Assembly: GCA_965229605.1 (NCBI GenBank)
Contig: OZ245892.1
Coordinates: 1,911,238-1,975,237, forward strand
Length of the DNA: 64,000 nt
Direction: 5' to 3'
Source: Alphaproteobacteria bacterium
GTDB lineage: Bacteria; Pseudomonadota; Alphaproteobacteria; CBDDJK01
Part shown: positions 51,948 through 61,818 of the stretch, piece by piece
Position numbering within the stretch: position 1 is the first letter of the stretch
Layout: the number at the start of each line of letters is the position of its first letter
Position numbers and translations under genes: made by a program
The notes under the pieces: model-generated
Told to the model about the DNA's origin: nothing
What the model saw: the letters and a program-made list of their open reading frames with translations, nothing else
Databases searched by the model: none

Positions 51948-52538
51948 CTAGTCCGCCAGACTCTCGGCAGGCCCAACCGGGTCAACCCACGCAATATTCC
52001 CATCCGACCGGACATAAACCATATTCATACGACCCGACTTCGAATCCCGAAACATAAGAGCAGGAACCTGCGCCAAATCCATGCGCATCACCGCTTCTCC
52101 TACGCTCAGGCTTTCAACCGTGCCCTTGGTCTCAGCCACAATAACCGGCGCATTCTGATCTGGAAGCTCCTCAGCCTCCTCGTCTGGCTCCTTTTGCAAA
52201 ACATAATGAGCCGAAGGCCAAATCTCTTTATCCGCAAGCGCCTGCTTGTGATCCCGAAGCCGACGCTTGTAACGACGCAAACGCTTCAGCACATGCTCTT
52301 CAGACTCAGCCAGGGCCATATAGGCATCCCGCCCCTCCCCATGGCCTTGAACCATCACACGACGCGAAACATGAATCTGGATGTCCGCAACAAAAAGATG
52401 ACCACGCTTTGAAAAAGTGACCGTCGTATCCGTCACATCATCAAAATATTTGCCAATCAGATCAGGAAGACGGCCTTCAACATGCCGCTGCAAGGCTTCA
52501 CCAATATCAACCTGTTTACCCTGAACCGTTAATCCCAT
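51948..52538 (-). CDS. hpf: Ribosome hibernation promoting factor, long form
   Basis: N-terminal sigma-54 modulation / RaiA domain MGLTVQGKQVDIGEALQ plus a C-terminal dimerisation domain. Confidence 0.8.
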   Translation of the reverse strand: MGLTVQGKQVDIGEALQRHVEGRLPDLIGKYFDDVTDTTVTFSKRGHLFVADIQIHVSRRVMVQGHGEGRDAYMALAESEEHVLKRLRRYKRRLRDHKQALADKEIWPSAHYVLQKEPDEEAEELPDQNAPVIVAETKGTVESLSVGEAVMRMDLAQVPALMFRDSKSGRMNMVYVRSDGNIAWVDPVGPAESLAD

Positions 52539-52859
52539 TCGTGCGTATCCCTATTGCGTATCTATAGGCTTTAGTCTGTGTATCGGTTTTGAAGATATGG
52601 CTTATCAGCAGTTTTCAGCGACAACTTGTGGCGAATAACATTTATTATCATTCACCTTTCAGGCGTGTTTGTCGAGTCATTTCAACAGGAATGGGTCAGA
52701 TATTTATCTTGATCAATTTTATCCTGTTATTCTTATGTTGTTTTATTTATTGGAGGCTCACATTATCGGGGCTCAATAGCCAAGCCTGGCAATAGCGTCA
52801 AGGCCTGTTTCGCTTTTCCACAGTTTCCACTTTTTCCCAAATTTCAGTTTTCACCGCTA

Positions 52860-53372
52860 TTAGACAGCAGAGCCTTTGGACAGTAGAGCTTGGGCAGTTG
52901 GGGTAAATTCGCGGACCAGCCCCTGGTAGAGGTCTTTTTTAAACGGCACGATCAAATCAGGAATCTGCGCCAGCGGCACCCATTTCCAGGCTTTAAATTC
53001 GGGCTGTTCCGTGTCCAGATTGATGTCACTATCGGTGCCTTCAAAGGCCATGGCGAACCATTTTTGCCGTTGTCCGCAATATTTCCCGTCCCAGATTTTT
53101 CCAATCAGATGGTCAGGCAAATCATAGGTATGCCAGTCCTGGCTTTCTGCAAGAAGGCGGGCTTTGCGGGTGCCGGTTTCTTCTTCAAGTTCCCGCCAGG
53201 CAGCGGCAAGCGGGTCTTCGCCCGGGTCAATGCCGCCTTGCGGCATTTGCCAATAGTCATCTTCGTTGGCGGAAATTTCCCCGTCCAGGCGGGAGCCGAC
53301 AAAAACCTCGGCCTGCTGATTAAAAAGCATGATCCCGGCGCAAGGCCGATAGGGGAGATGGGGTCGTTTCAT
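52860..53372 (-). CDS. rppH: RNA pyrophosphohydrolase (Nudix)
   Basis: Nudix box GGIDPGEDPLAAAWRELEEETG. Confidence 0.8.
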   Translation of the reverse strand: MKRPHLPYRPCAGIMLFNQQAEVFVGSRLDGEISANEDDYWQMPQGGIDPGEDPLAAAWRELEEETGTRKARLLAESQDWHTYDLPDHLIGKIWDGKYCGQRQKWFAMAFEGTDSDINLDTEQPEFKAWKWVPLAQIPDLIVPFKKDLYQGLVREFTPTAQALLSKGSAV

Positions 53373-53385
53373 TAAACCATCTTGA

Positions 53386-55032
53386 TTATGAATTGGCCAC
53401 GCCGCCGACTTTTATGTCATTATCGGGGACAAAGGCCGGGCGACCTTTGGCATGGCGGCGCAGGATCACCGCGCTTAATGGCGCAAGAGCCAGCTGTCTT
53501 TCTGGCAAATAGCGCGACCATTCGCGGATTCGGGCCACATTATTAGGCAGCGCTTCGACAAATAAGATGAAGTCGCCTTGTGTCTGTGCGGCGACTTCGG
53601 CTTCGGCAAGGCGTTGGATGAAATTGGCCCGGCTCAAGGCGGTGCGGATATACATATCGGCATCGGATACAGGAATATCGGCTTCCCAGGCCATGGCGAG
53701 GATTCCCTGCGCGCGTTGAGGCTCAATCCCGACCAGGCCAACGCCACGTTTGCTGAGATCGGAAATAATCGGGTCCAGCTGCTGGCGCGAGCGATAGAAA
53801 ACGCCGTCATTTTGAATAAGCAAGGCCGTATAGCCTGCCATTTTTCCCAGCACACTGTGCAGGCGTTGCAAATTCTCTTCACGCCCGATGTTGCGATTAA
53901 GGGCAAAGGGCCCGGCATCGCTTTCAGGATATTGGCGGGGCTGGATAGGCAGTTTTAAAAGGACTTCATGGCCGCCAGCCCGGGCTTCTGCCATCCAGCG
54001 TCCAAGCTGCTGGGCATGAGGCACAAAGCCAAGACTGACTGCCCCGGGCAAGCGCAAGGCCAGTTCCATCATATTGCTGGATTGACCCAGATTGACCATG
54101 ACCACAGCGATTGGGTTATGACCGGGAGGGGTGGTTGCCGGGCGGGCATATTGCTCCAGAGGCCGCTTTCCATCCTGCCCGATGGTGGGCAAGGTGCCAC
54201 GCGGTGTGACCTCGATAAGGGTCTGGGCCGGAACCGGAGACAATTTGTTTTTATAGGGGTCTTCGACATCAAGGCTGGCTTCAAAGCCGGGTTCCTGTTC
54301 AAGCCCGCTGATGCTGGTGGTCCCGCGCTCTGGCTCCAGAGCCGGTTGTGGTTCGGGCTGAATATCAGATTGCTGAGCAGCTTGCTCTCCATCTGTTCCC
54401 AAAGACGCTTGGGCTACGGTTGTTTCAGGAGACGGTATTTCAGACTCAAGCAGTTCGGAAGAAGGTTGTTGCGCGGTATCCTGATTATCAGGTGCCTGAT
54501 CTTCAGGATTAGGCTGATTGTTGCGGACAATTTTGATCTGGCTGGGATCAATCTGAATGGCCGGAGGCGCTTCTTCATCGACCCCGCCAAACAGAGCCAA
54601 TGCGCCGATTGAAAGAACAGAGAGTGTGAATGTGCTATAGGCCAGAATTAGTCCGATCCCGATCTTGTCAATAAAACGGGCGGCACCTGATTTATTGGCC
54701 TCGGCATGTTCAGCAAGTTTGTCGGGATCAAACAGGATATCCGGCTGGATAAGCGGATTTTCGCGCGTGGCATCGCCTCCGCCTGCTGCATTCAAAAAAG
54801 GCGAAATATCGTTAGGATCGTCAGCATCCGGCGGTGCCCCACCTTCTATATTCCCCATACTTTCAGGCGCATTTTCAGGGACAGGTTGATCGGGGGTAGT
54901 TTGCGGACCTGCCCCAGCTTCTCCAGTAACAGGTTCTTCGGTAAGAGGTTGGCCGGTAAGAGGCTCTACGGCTGGCGGTGAACGCTGAATATCCCCGGAC
55001 GCACCCGCATCAAATGGAGACGGCATCTTCAT
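53386..55032 (-). CDS. Divergent polysaccharide deacetylase (YibQ-like) family protein with a long Pro/acidic N-terminal region and a TM anchor
   Basis: C-terminal YibQ-like domain (VNLGQSSNMMELALRLPGAVSLGFVPHA...). Conserved position after ctpA. Confidence 0.55.
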   Translation of the reverse strand: MKMPSPFDAGASGDIQRSPPAVEPLTGQPLTEEPVTGEAGAGPQTTPDQPVPENAPESMGNIEGGAPPDADDPNDISPFLNAAGGGDATRENPLIQPDILFDPDKLAEHAEANKSGAARFIDKIGIGLILAYSTFTLSVLSIGALALFGGVDEEAPPAIQIDPSQIKIVRNNQPNPEDQAPDNQDTAQQPSSELLESEIPSPETTVAQASLGTDGEQAAQQSDIQPEPQPALEPERGTTSISGLEQEPGFEASLDVEDPYKNKLSPVPAQTLIEVTPRGTLPTIGQDGKRPLEQYARPATTPPGHNPIAVVMVNLGQSSNMMELALRLPGAVSLGFVPHAQQLGRWMAEARAGGHEVLLKLPIQPRQYPESDAGPFALNRNIGREENLQRLHSVLGKMAGYTALLIQNDGVFYRSRQQLDPIISDLSKRGVGLVGIEPQRAQGILAMAWEADIPVSDADMYIRTALSRANFIQRLAEAEVAAQTQGDFILFVEALPNNVARIREWSRYLPERQLALAPLSAVILRRHAKGRPAFVPDNDIKVGGVANS

Positions 55033-56414
55033 TTTGCGGTTCCGCCCTCTTTTCCTTGAATCAGTAAATCAGCCGCCCGGATCGCATCTATCGCCCGTTG
55101 AAGCTGATAATCCTCAACCGGGCGATCATCAGCTGACCGGTTATCAGCCTCTTCCCCGGATTCATCCTCTTCGCCTTGCGGGTTTTCAATGGCATTGGGA
55201 TTGCGGCTGGAATGAATCCTGTTCTGGCTCAGAATATTGACCTCAGCACGCGGCACAAAAATATCCGGCACAATGCCCCGCCCCTGTATCGATTCGCCAC
55301 TAGGCGTATAATAAAGCTGCGTGGTCAGTTTCAAGGCTTCCCGGCGCATGGGATCAGCGGAATCTCCAAAATAAAAGAGCGTCTGGACCGAGCCTTTGCC
55401 AAAAGAAGTTTCCCCCATAATCACGCCGCGCCGGTGATCCTGAATGGCCCCGGCCACAACCTCAGAAGCCGACGCCGACCCGCCATTGATCAAAATGACC
55501 AAAGGCTTTCCATCTGCCAGATCGCCTTTGGTGGCCTGGCTTCTGGCAATGGTGGAAACATCGCGCCCGCGCACCGACACAATTTCTCCAGCTTCAAGGA
55601 AGATATCAACAATCTCGATAGCCTGATCAAGAAGACCGCCCGGATTGCTGCGTAAATCAAGGATATAACCGGCAATTTCATCTTCGCCGATTTCGTCTTT
55701 TAATTCTTCAATCGCCGATTTGATCCCGGGGGCGGCTTGCCCGTTAAATTGAGCCAGACGAATATAGCCAACATTTCCTTCAGCCCGGGCATAGGTTGAA
55801 CGAATCTTGATGCGTTTGCGCACCAGTTCAACATCAAAGATTTCTTCCCCGCGTTTGATGGTCAGCACAATGCTGGTATCAACCGGGCCGCGCATTTTTT
55901 CAACGGCCTCATCCAGCGTTTGCGGCACCAGTTCGCCATCAATTTCAATAATCAGATCATTGGGTTGCAGCCCGGCCCGGCTGGCTGGCGTATCGTCTAT
56001 GGGGGAGACAATCCGCACCGCCCCGCTTGCCGGGTCGCTGGTGACTTCAATGCCAAGCCCGCCAAATTCTCCGCGCATCTGGATTTGCTGGCGGTTGAAA
56101 TCATCCGGCCCCTGATAGGATGAATGCGGGTCCAACCGTTCCAGCATCCCGCGAATAGCGGCATCAATCAGCTCTTCATCCGATACATCGCGGTAATATT
56201 GTGTGCGCACATAGGACATGATCTGGCTGAACCGGTCAATCAGACGGTAAATTTCGGCCGAGCCTTGCAGATTTGTGATATCTTCTGTGTTCTCTTGCGT
56301 ATTTTCAGACTCCTGCGCCTGAACAGGGGTCAAAGCCGCCATCAAGCCAAGGGTTGCAGCAAAAAACAGGGAGGCAATCAGCAAAGGCGAAAACCGGTGC
56401 AAATTATATAACAT
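55029..56414 (-). CDS. ctpA: Carboxy-terminal processing protease (S41)
   Basis: PDZ domain plus the S41 core ...ILINGGSASASE...GETSFGKGSVQ. Confidence 0.85.
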   Translation of the reverse strand: MLYNLHRFSPLLIASLFFAATLGLMAALTPVQAQESENTQENTEDITNLQGSAEIYRLIDRFSQIMSYVRTQYYRDVSDEELIDAAIRGMLERLDPHSSYQGPDDFNRQQIQMRGEFGGLGIEVTSDPASGAVRIVSPIDDTPASRAGLQPNDLIIEIDGELVPQTLDEAVEKMRGPVDTSIVLTIKRGEEIFDVELVRKRIKIRSTYARAEGNVGYIRLAQFNGQAAPGIKSAIEELKDEIGEDEIAGYILDLRSNPGGLLDQAIEIVDIFLEAGEIVSVRGRDVSTIARSQATKGDLADGKPLVILINGGSASASEVVAGAIQDHRRGVIMGETSFGKGSVQTLFYFGDSADPMRREALKLTTQLYYTPSGESIQGRGIVPDIFVPRAEVNILSQNRIHSSRNPNAIENPQGEEDESGEEADNRSADDRPVEDYQLQRAIDAIRAADLLIQGKEGGTAK

Positions 56415-56429
56415 GGAATTCCTTGGTTC

Positions 56430-57863
56430 TCAGCTGTGAATAGCCCGCCCGTCAGCAGCAAGCGCGGCTTCCTTGATCGCTTCTGAATAGGTCGGATGGG
56501 CATGACAGAGCCTTGCCATATCCTCGGCAGAGCCGCCAAAGGCCATCAGGGCGGCGGCTTCATGGATCATATCGCCAGCTGCCGGGGCAATAATATGACA
56601 GCCCAGCAAGCGGTCGGTCTGTGCATCGGCCAGGACTTTGACCATGCCCTGCGTGAAGCCCATAGCTTTGCCGCGCGAATTTGCAGTCATCGAGAATTTG
56701 CCGGTTTTAAAGTCACGGCCTGCTTCTTTGAGTTCTTCGCTGTGCGCCCCGACGCTTGCCAGTTCCGGGAAGCAGTAGACCACGCCTGGAATAAGATGAT
56801 GGTCAAGCGACGGGCGCAGCCCGGCCATCCGTTCAACGGCGACAACGCCTTCTTCTTCGGCTTTATGGGCCAGCATCGGGCCTGGCACGCAGTCGCCAAT
56901 CGCATAAATCCCGTCAACCGAGGTCTTGAAATCTTCATCAACCGGGATAAAGCCGCGCGAGTCGGTGGTAATGCCGAGCTGGTCCAGTCCCAGCCCGTCC
57001 GCATAGGGTCGCCGCCCAACCGCAACCAGGACTTTATCGGCTTTCAGTTCTTTTGGTTCGCCTTCGCTATTTGCCGGGGCATAAAGAGCTTTCACCGATT
57101 TTCCAGATTTTTCGAGTGAGATAATCTTGTGACCAAGCTGAAATTCAAGCCCTTGTTTTTGCAAAATGCGGTGATAGTTCTTGGCAATTTCTGCATCCAT
57201 CCCGGGCAGGATCCGGTCCAGGAATTCGACGACGGTGACTTTGGCCCCCAGCCGGTTCCAGACCGATCCGAGTTCCAGACCGATGACTCCGGCACCAACC
57301 ACCACGATATGTTTAGGCACGCTGGAAAAGGAGAGCGCCCCGGTTGAGGACACAATCGAGTCTTCATCTATTGTAATGCCGGGAAGGCTGGTTGGTTCGG
57401 AGCCCGTGGCAACAAGAATACGTTGTGTGTTGAGGCTTTTGCCGCCATCTGGCCCGTCATGCAGGTCAATTTGGGTTGGCGAAGTAATTTGCGCGCGGGC
57501 GGTAAAGCGGTCGATTTTATTTTTCTTGCAGAGGAAGTCGATGCCTTTGGTTAAATCATCAACGATGCCGTTTTTGCGGCCCATCATGGCAGAGAGGTCA
57601 AGTTTCGGAGTTGTGACAACGCCGTGACTGGCCAGATCATGTCCGGCCATATGAAAATATTCAGAGGACTGGAGCAGGGCCTTTGACGGGATACAGCCGA
57701 CATTGAGACAGGTGCCGCCAAGCCGGTCTCTTTTATCAATCAGGGCTGTTTTAAATCCCAGTTGAGCGGCACGGATAGCGGCGACATAGCCACCCGGGCC
57801 GCCGCCGATAACGCAGAGATCATAGGGAGAGGATTGTTCGGGAGTTGAGGCCGGGTCGGACAT
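56430..57863 (-). CDS. lpdA: Dihydrolipoyl dehydrogenase
   Basis: GGTCLNVGCIPSK redox disulfide, FAD and NAD folds, 477 aa. Confidence 0.9.
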   Translation of the reverse strand: MSDPASTPEQSSPYDLCVIGGGPGGYVAAIRAAQLGFKTALIDKRDRLGGTCLNVGCIPSKALLQSSEYFHMAGHDLASHGVVTTPKLDLSAMMGRKNGIVDDLTKGIDFLCKKNKIDRFTARAQITSPTQIDLHDGPDGGKSLNTQRILVATGSEPTSLPGITIDEDSIVSSTGALSFSSVPKHIVVVGAGVIGLELGSVWNRLGAKVTVVEFLDRILPGMDAEIAKNYHRILQKQGLEFQLGHKIISLEKSGKSVKALYAPANSEGEPKELKADKVLVAVGRRPYADGLGLDQLGITTDSRGFIPVDEDFKTSVDGIYAIGDCVPGPMLAHKAEEEGVVAVERMAGLRPSLDHHLIPGVVYCFPELASVGAHSEELKEAGRDFKTGKFSMTANSRGKAMGFTQGMVKVLADAQTDRLLGCHIIAPAAGDMIHEAAALMAFGGSAEDMARLCHAHPTYSEAIKEAALAADGRAIHS

Positions 57864-58001
57864 AGTTTTTCCTGATTTTTTCGTGATGTATGAGGGCGGG
57901 CGTGAGTATGACCCATGAACAGGACAAGCCGTATCATATTCGCATCACAAAAACCAGTGTCAAAAATGCGCAAGAAAAACCGGCTGCAAAAGCCTGTGCA
58001 T

Positions 58002-58050
58002 AAAAGCCTATATAGGGGCTTTTACCTCTATAGCGGCGTTTGCCGCTATA
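58002..58050 (-). terminator. Two adjacent hairpins (AAAAGCC..GGCTTTT and TATAGCGGC gttt GCCGCTATA) downstream of the FlaG-like gene, possibly a terminator
   Basis: Perfect inverted repeats read from the sequence. The T/A runs are part of the stems, so the strength as an intrinsic terminator is uncertain. Confidence 0.3.
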
Positions 58051-58097
58051 AAACTATCTGGCTAAAATCACCCGTATAAAATAACCGGGTGAAATAA

Positions 58098-58562
58098 TCA
58101 GGCTTCGGAATCAATCGGCCTATAGGCAGGGGCCAGCGTATTTGCGGCAAAGTCTGACCGGCCTGCGGCATTGCCCGGCTCGTTGGCGGTGATTGATGCG
58201 CCTTCTGATTCCATCCATTCGCTTAAGGCATCAGAGGGAAAACGGCTGATCACATCGCCTTGCGAGGTCCGCATTTCGATATAGATTTCATTGGCATCGC
58301 TGTTAAATCCCATAACAGCCGTGACTCCGCGCGATTGAATATCTGCAACCGTTTGCAGCGCACGATCACGCCGTTCATTCGGATATTCGCGGCTGGCATC
58401 ATCATCCCGCACATTGGGGTCGGTTGATTCAGAGGTTGCGGTGACAACATGATCGGCCAGATTGCCGATAGCTGCAAGTGCAGGGGTATGCGATGCCTGG
58501 ACACTGCCAGCGGTCCCGCCAGGGGCCACAGTTGGCACGTTGACTGGGGCTAAAACTTCCAT
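58098..58562 (-). CDS. FlaG-like protein (PF03646-like C-terminus), orphan
   Basis: The C-terminal ...NEIYIEMRTSQGDVISRFPSDALSEWM resembles the FlaG signature (...TGEVIRQIPxEExL). No flagellar genes are nearby. Confidence 0.35.
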   Translation of the reverse strand: MEVLAPVNVPTVAPGGTAGSVQASHTPALAAIGNLADHVVTATSESTDPNVRDDDASREYPNERRDRALQTVADIQSRGVTAVMGFNSDANEIYIEMRTSQGDVISRFPSDALSEWMESEGASITANEPGNAAGRSDFAANTLAPAYRPIDSEA

Positions 58563-58892
58563 TGTTCTTCTCCTCTGGGGTTCTTCCCGTCTGGGGTTTT
58601 TTCCCTGGATGATTGATGTTCTTCTGACATCATTTATGCAAGTGCTTATATATGTAAATGCTTGAAATGACTTTCTATCATAAATTCAGGCATTTAGCAC
58701 AACAAGACAAAGCGCAAATCAAGGCCATCGGTGATTTGATTTCACAATACAGACCTTTCGTGCAAGTTTAGTATAGTAAAAATCCATAAAAAGTCAAGCG
58801 AATATAAGAATTTTTTTGTATTTCAAGTGTGCGTCAAGTATTGATTTCTGGTGAATCCATAAAATAACATTTGTATTTATATATTGGCCAGC

Positions 58893-60596
58893 ATGAAATT
58901 TTTACTATTTCTGCTTTATAGCATCACCTTTTTGCCGATTATCGCCGGGAGTATCGGGCTGGGCCTGCCGCTTATCGGGATCATGCCCGGTCAGAATGTC
59001 ATTTCGCAAGGCGTCGCGGACCAGATCACAGAAAATTTTCAGCAGTTTTTCACCTATCCCGGCGTCTTTGCCGCCTTGATCCGCACAGTGCTGATCGGCG
59101 TGACTGCCACCAGCCTGTCAGTCCTGTTTGCGGTGCTGGTGCTGGCTGTTGTCCCGCGCCGCCTATACGGGCTTTGGTCCGGGGCTCTTGTCCTGCCTCT
59201 GGCCGCCCCGCCGCTGGCACTCGGGCTGGGGGTGCTGATGCTGTTCAGCTCCTCTGGCTGGGCCGTGCGTGCACTCGATATGGTCCTCAATCTCGGGCTT
59301 TCAACCCCGCCAGACTGGCCGCTGGCCCCCGATCCGTACGGGATTTTTGCAATCCTTGCCCTGGCCATGAAAGAAACACCTTTTTTGATCATGGCCGGAA
59401 TGGCCGCGATGATGCAAATGCCAGCACTCCGGCAAGCGCGGGTGCTCGCCGGACTCGGCTATCAGCCAGCCAGCGGCTTTCTGCGCTTTCAAATGCCACT
59501 CGTCTATGGGCGTATTCGCCGTGCCGTGATCATCGCGCTGGTCTTCTCCCTGTCCTCTACCGATGTGCCAGGACTGCTGCTGCCCGGAAATACCCCGACC
59601 CTGCCCCTGCTTATCCTGCGCTTTAATCTGGAAGCCAACCTCAATTTTCAAGCCGTGACCGCCGTCGCCGCGCTGGTGCAGGCCGGACTTGTCGGACTTT
59701 GTCTGGCCGGATTATTCTTGCTGGAACGCCTGATCGCAAAGCTCTTTTCTCCACGCCGCCATACCGGTAAACGATCCGGCCTTGCTGATCACCTCAACCA
59801 GGGACTGGCCATCCCGGGCGGGGCCCTATGGGGGCTGGTCGTGCTGGGACTGCTGGTCGCCTTCATCTGGTCGCTGGCCTGGCGCATGGGCTGGCCCGAC
59901 CTCTTGCCAGACCGCGCCAGTTTCTATGGCTGGCGTAGCCTCTGGTCGCAAGTCAATGGGGCTTTCGTGCCAAGCTTTGCCGTTGCTCTGGCCGCAGCAA
60001 TGCTGTCTCTACCGCTCGTCCTCGCCGGACTCGAACAACGCAGACAACAAAACTGGAAACCCGCCCCCTTGCGCGAATGGCTGATTCTACTGCCTCTGGT
60101 CATCCCCGAACCCAGCCTGATGAGCGGACTACAGGTCAATTTCCTGCTTTTTCGGTTTGAAGGAACCGGGGGGGCTCTTCTATATGCGCATATGATCTAT
60201 GTGCTGCCCTATCTTTACCTCATGCTGCATGGCCCCTACCGGCGCCTCGATTCGCGCTATATCCGCCAGGCCCACACCCTGCGCATGGGGCCCACCCGGA
60301 CCATGATCAAAATCATCCTGCCAATCCTGCTGCGCCCGCTGCTGCTGGCTCTCGCCGTCGGATTTGCCGTCGGACTAGGCCTGTTCCTGCCAACCATCGT
60401 CGCAGGAGCCGGACGCATCGAAACTCTGACAACCGCCAGCTTTGCTCTGGCCTCCAACGGCGATTTGCGGGTTGTCGGCGCCGCCGCCTTGCTGCTGATG
60501 GGATTGCCGCTGGCCGGATTCCTGCTGTCCGCGCTGCTCTCCGGCCTGCAAGCACGCAATCGTCAAGGACTCAAGGGAGCCGGAAAACATGCCTGA
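58893..60596 (+). CDS. Two-domain ABC transporter permease, ThiP/FbpB-like fused permease
   Basis: About 568 aa with 12 TM segments and two permease halves. Start chosen as the ATG at 58893; the track uses a TTG at 58884. Confidence 0.65.
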   Translation: MKFLLFLLYSITFLPIIAGSIGLGLPLIGIMPGQNVISQGVADQITENFQQFFTYPGVFAALIRTVLIGVTATSLSVLFAVLVLAVVPRRLYGLWSGALVLPLAAPPLALGLGVLMLFSSSGWAVRALDMVLNLGLSTPPDWPLAPDPYGIFAILALAMKETPFLIMAGMAAMMQMPALRQARVLAGLGYQPASGFLRFQMPLVYGRIRRAVIIALVFSLSSTDVPGLLLPGNTPTLPLLILRFNLEANLNFQAVTAVAALVQAGLVGLCLAGLFLLERLIAKLFSPRRHTGKRSGLADHLNQGLAIPGGALWGLVVLGLLVAFIWSLAWRMGWPDLLPDRASFYGWRSLWSQVNGAFVPSFAVALAAAMLSLPLVLAGLEQRRQQNWKPAPLREWLILLPLVIPEPSLMSGLQVNFLLFRFEGTGGALLYAHMIYVLPYLYLMLHGPYRRLDSRYIRQAHTLRMGPTRTMIKIILPILLRPLLLALAVGFAVGLGLFLPTIVAGAGRIETLTTASFALASNGDLRVVGAAALLLMGLPLAGFLLSALLSGLQARNRQGLKGAGKHA

Positions 60597-61248
60597 AAAT
60601 GGTCTCGTTCTCGAAGATATAATCATCACCCTCTATGGCAAGCCGATGATCAGCCTTGAAGGCCAGCGACAGGTGAGGCCGGGCGAGTGGCTCTGCATCA
60701 TGGGATCAAGCGGGGTCGGCAAGTCAACATTGATCAATTATATATGCGCCGACCTTCATCCGCCCTTTCAAGGAAGCGGAAAAGTGCTGCTGAATGGCCG
60801 CGACCTCAAAGACTTTCCGCCCTGGCAGCGGCGGCTAGGTGTGATCTATCAGGATGATCTTCTGTTTCCGCATTTATCGGTGGGGGAGAATATTATGCTG
60901 GCCCTTCCCCCCGGTTCAAAGCGTGCCGGTGCGATAGAAGACGCACAGGCAGATTTTGTGCGGGCAGGGCTTGAAGGTCTATGGGATAAGGACCCGGCGA
61001 CCTTGTCAGGCGGTCAGCGGGCACGGGTGGCAATTTTGCGGACATTATGGGCTGGCCCGGAGGCCCTTTTGATGGACGAGCCTTTTACCGGGCTGGACCA
61101 GGCCCGCAAGGATGATTTTTATGGTTTTATTGTTGAGCGCATCCGGCATCTGGAGGCCCCGCCGCCAGTTTTGCTGGTTAGTCATGATCCGGGAGATGCC
61201 GAGCTTTCGGGTGCCCCGGTTCTGGAGTTGCGCCGGGCAAGCGGATAA
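60589..61248 (+). CDS. ABC transporter ATP-binding protein, short ThiQ-like
   Basis: Walker A GSSGVGKST and signature LSGGQRARV. 219 aa without a C-terminal regulatory domain. Overlaps the permease stop. Confidence 0.7.
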   Translation: MPENGLVLEDIIITLYGKPMISLEGQRQVRPGEWLCIMGSSGVGKSTLINYICADLHPPFQGSGKVLLNGRDLKDFPPWQRRLGVIYQDDLLFPHLSVGENIMLALPPGSKRAGAIEDAQADFVRAGLEGLWDKDPATLSGGQRARVAILRTLWAGPEALLMDEPFTGLDQARKDDFYGFIVERIRHLEAPPPVLLVSHDPGDAELSGAPVLELRRASG

Positions 61249-61253
61249 ATGAA

Positions 61254-61598
61254 TTATTGAGAAGGCTTACAATAGAGCTGATGCAGCAGGTGGATCAAGG
61301 CTTGGGCTTTCGGGCTTGAAATCCGGTAATAGATGGCTTTCCCGCATCGGCGTGTCTGGACGAGATCGGCCTGGCGCAGTTTGGCCAGCTGTTGAGAGAC
61401 GGTTGGCTGTCGCAGGCCGGTTAGCTCTTCAAGCTCGGAGACAGTTTTTTCCTGATCAGCCAGCAAGCAGAGCAAGAGCAATCGTCCTTCATTAGCGATG
61501 GCGGATAGCAGCCGGGTTGCTTCTGCGACTTGTTCGATCATATCTGCGCTGACGGCAGAGGCTTCTTTTTCAAGCACGGGGAGCGGGGAGCCAGTCAT
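61254..61598 (-). CDS. ArsR/SmtB-family transcriptional regulator
   Basis: 114 aa. Winged HTH LLLCLLADQEKTVSELEELTGLRQPTVSQQLAKLRQADLV. Confidence 0.75.
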   Translation of the reverse strand: MTGSPLPVLEKEASAVSADMIEQVAEATRLLSAIANEGRLLLLCLLADQEKTVSELEELTGLRQPTVSQQLAKLRQADLVQTRRCGKAIYYRISSPKAQALIHLLHQLYCKPSQ

Positions 61599-61818
61599 AA
61601 CCGAGCAAGTTTCAGCAGGTAAGAATAGAACAAGCGGCTTGCATAAAGGATAGTCCCTGCTTATTTACATTTTACGGATAATGCTTTTTAGGATTACCGT
61701 TGTGTTTTTTCATTTAACGCGCGTGTCTGAATTGTAGCAATTTTCATATATGCTTGCAATATTTGCTGTATCTTGCGGGAGAATAGCGGTTTCTGCTGGT
61801 TTTAATAAGGAGAGGACT

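Noticed and set aside
52539-52859. Sigma-54 promoter (TGGCA-N7-TTGC) in the 320-bp region upstream of hpf
   Set aside because: CTGGCAATAGCGTCAAGG has a GG element but no properly spaced GC element. Only a weak sigma-70-like TTGACG-N17-TATTGA can be proposed on the minus strand, which is not strong enough to call.
58563-58892. TPP riboswitch upstream of the ThiP-like permease
   Set aside because: No CUGAGA or GGGGUGC / ACCCUU conserved elements. The region is simply AT-rich promoter-like DNA.
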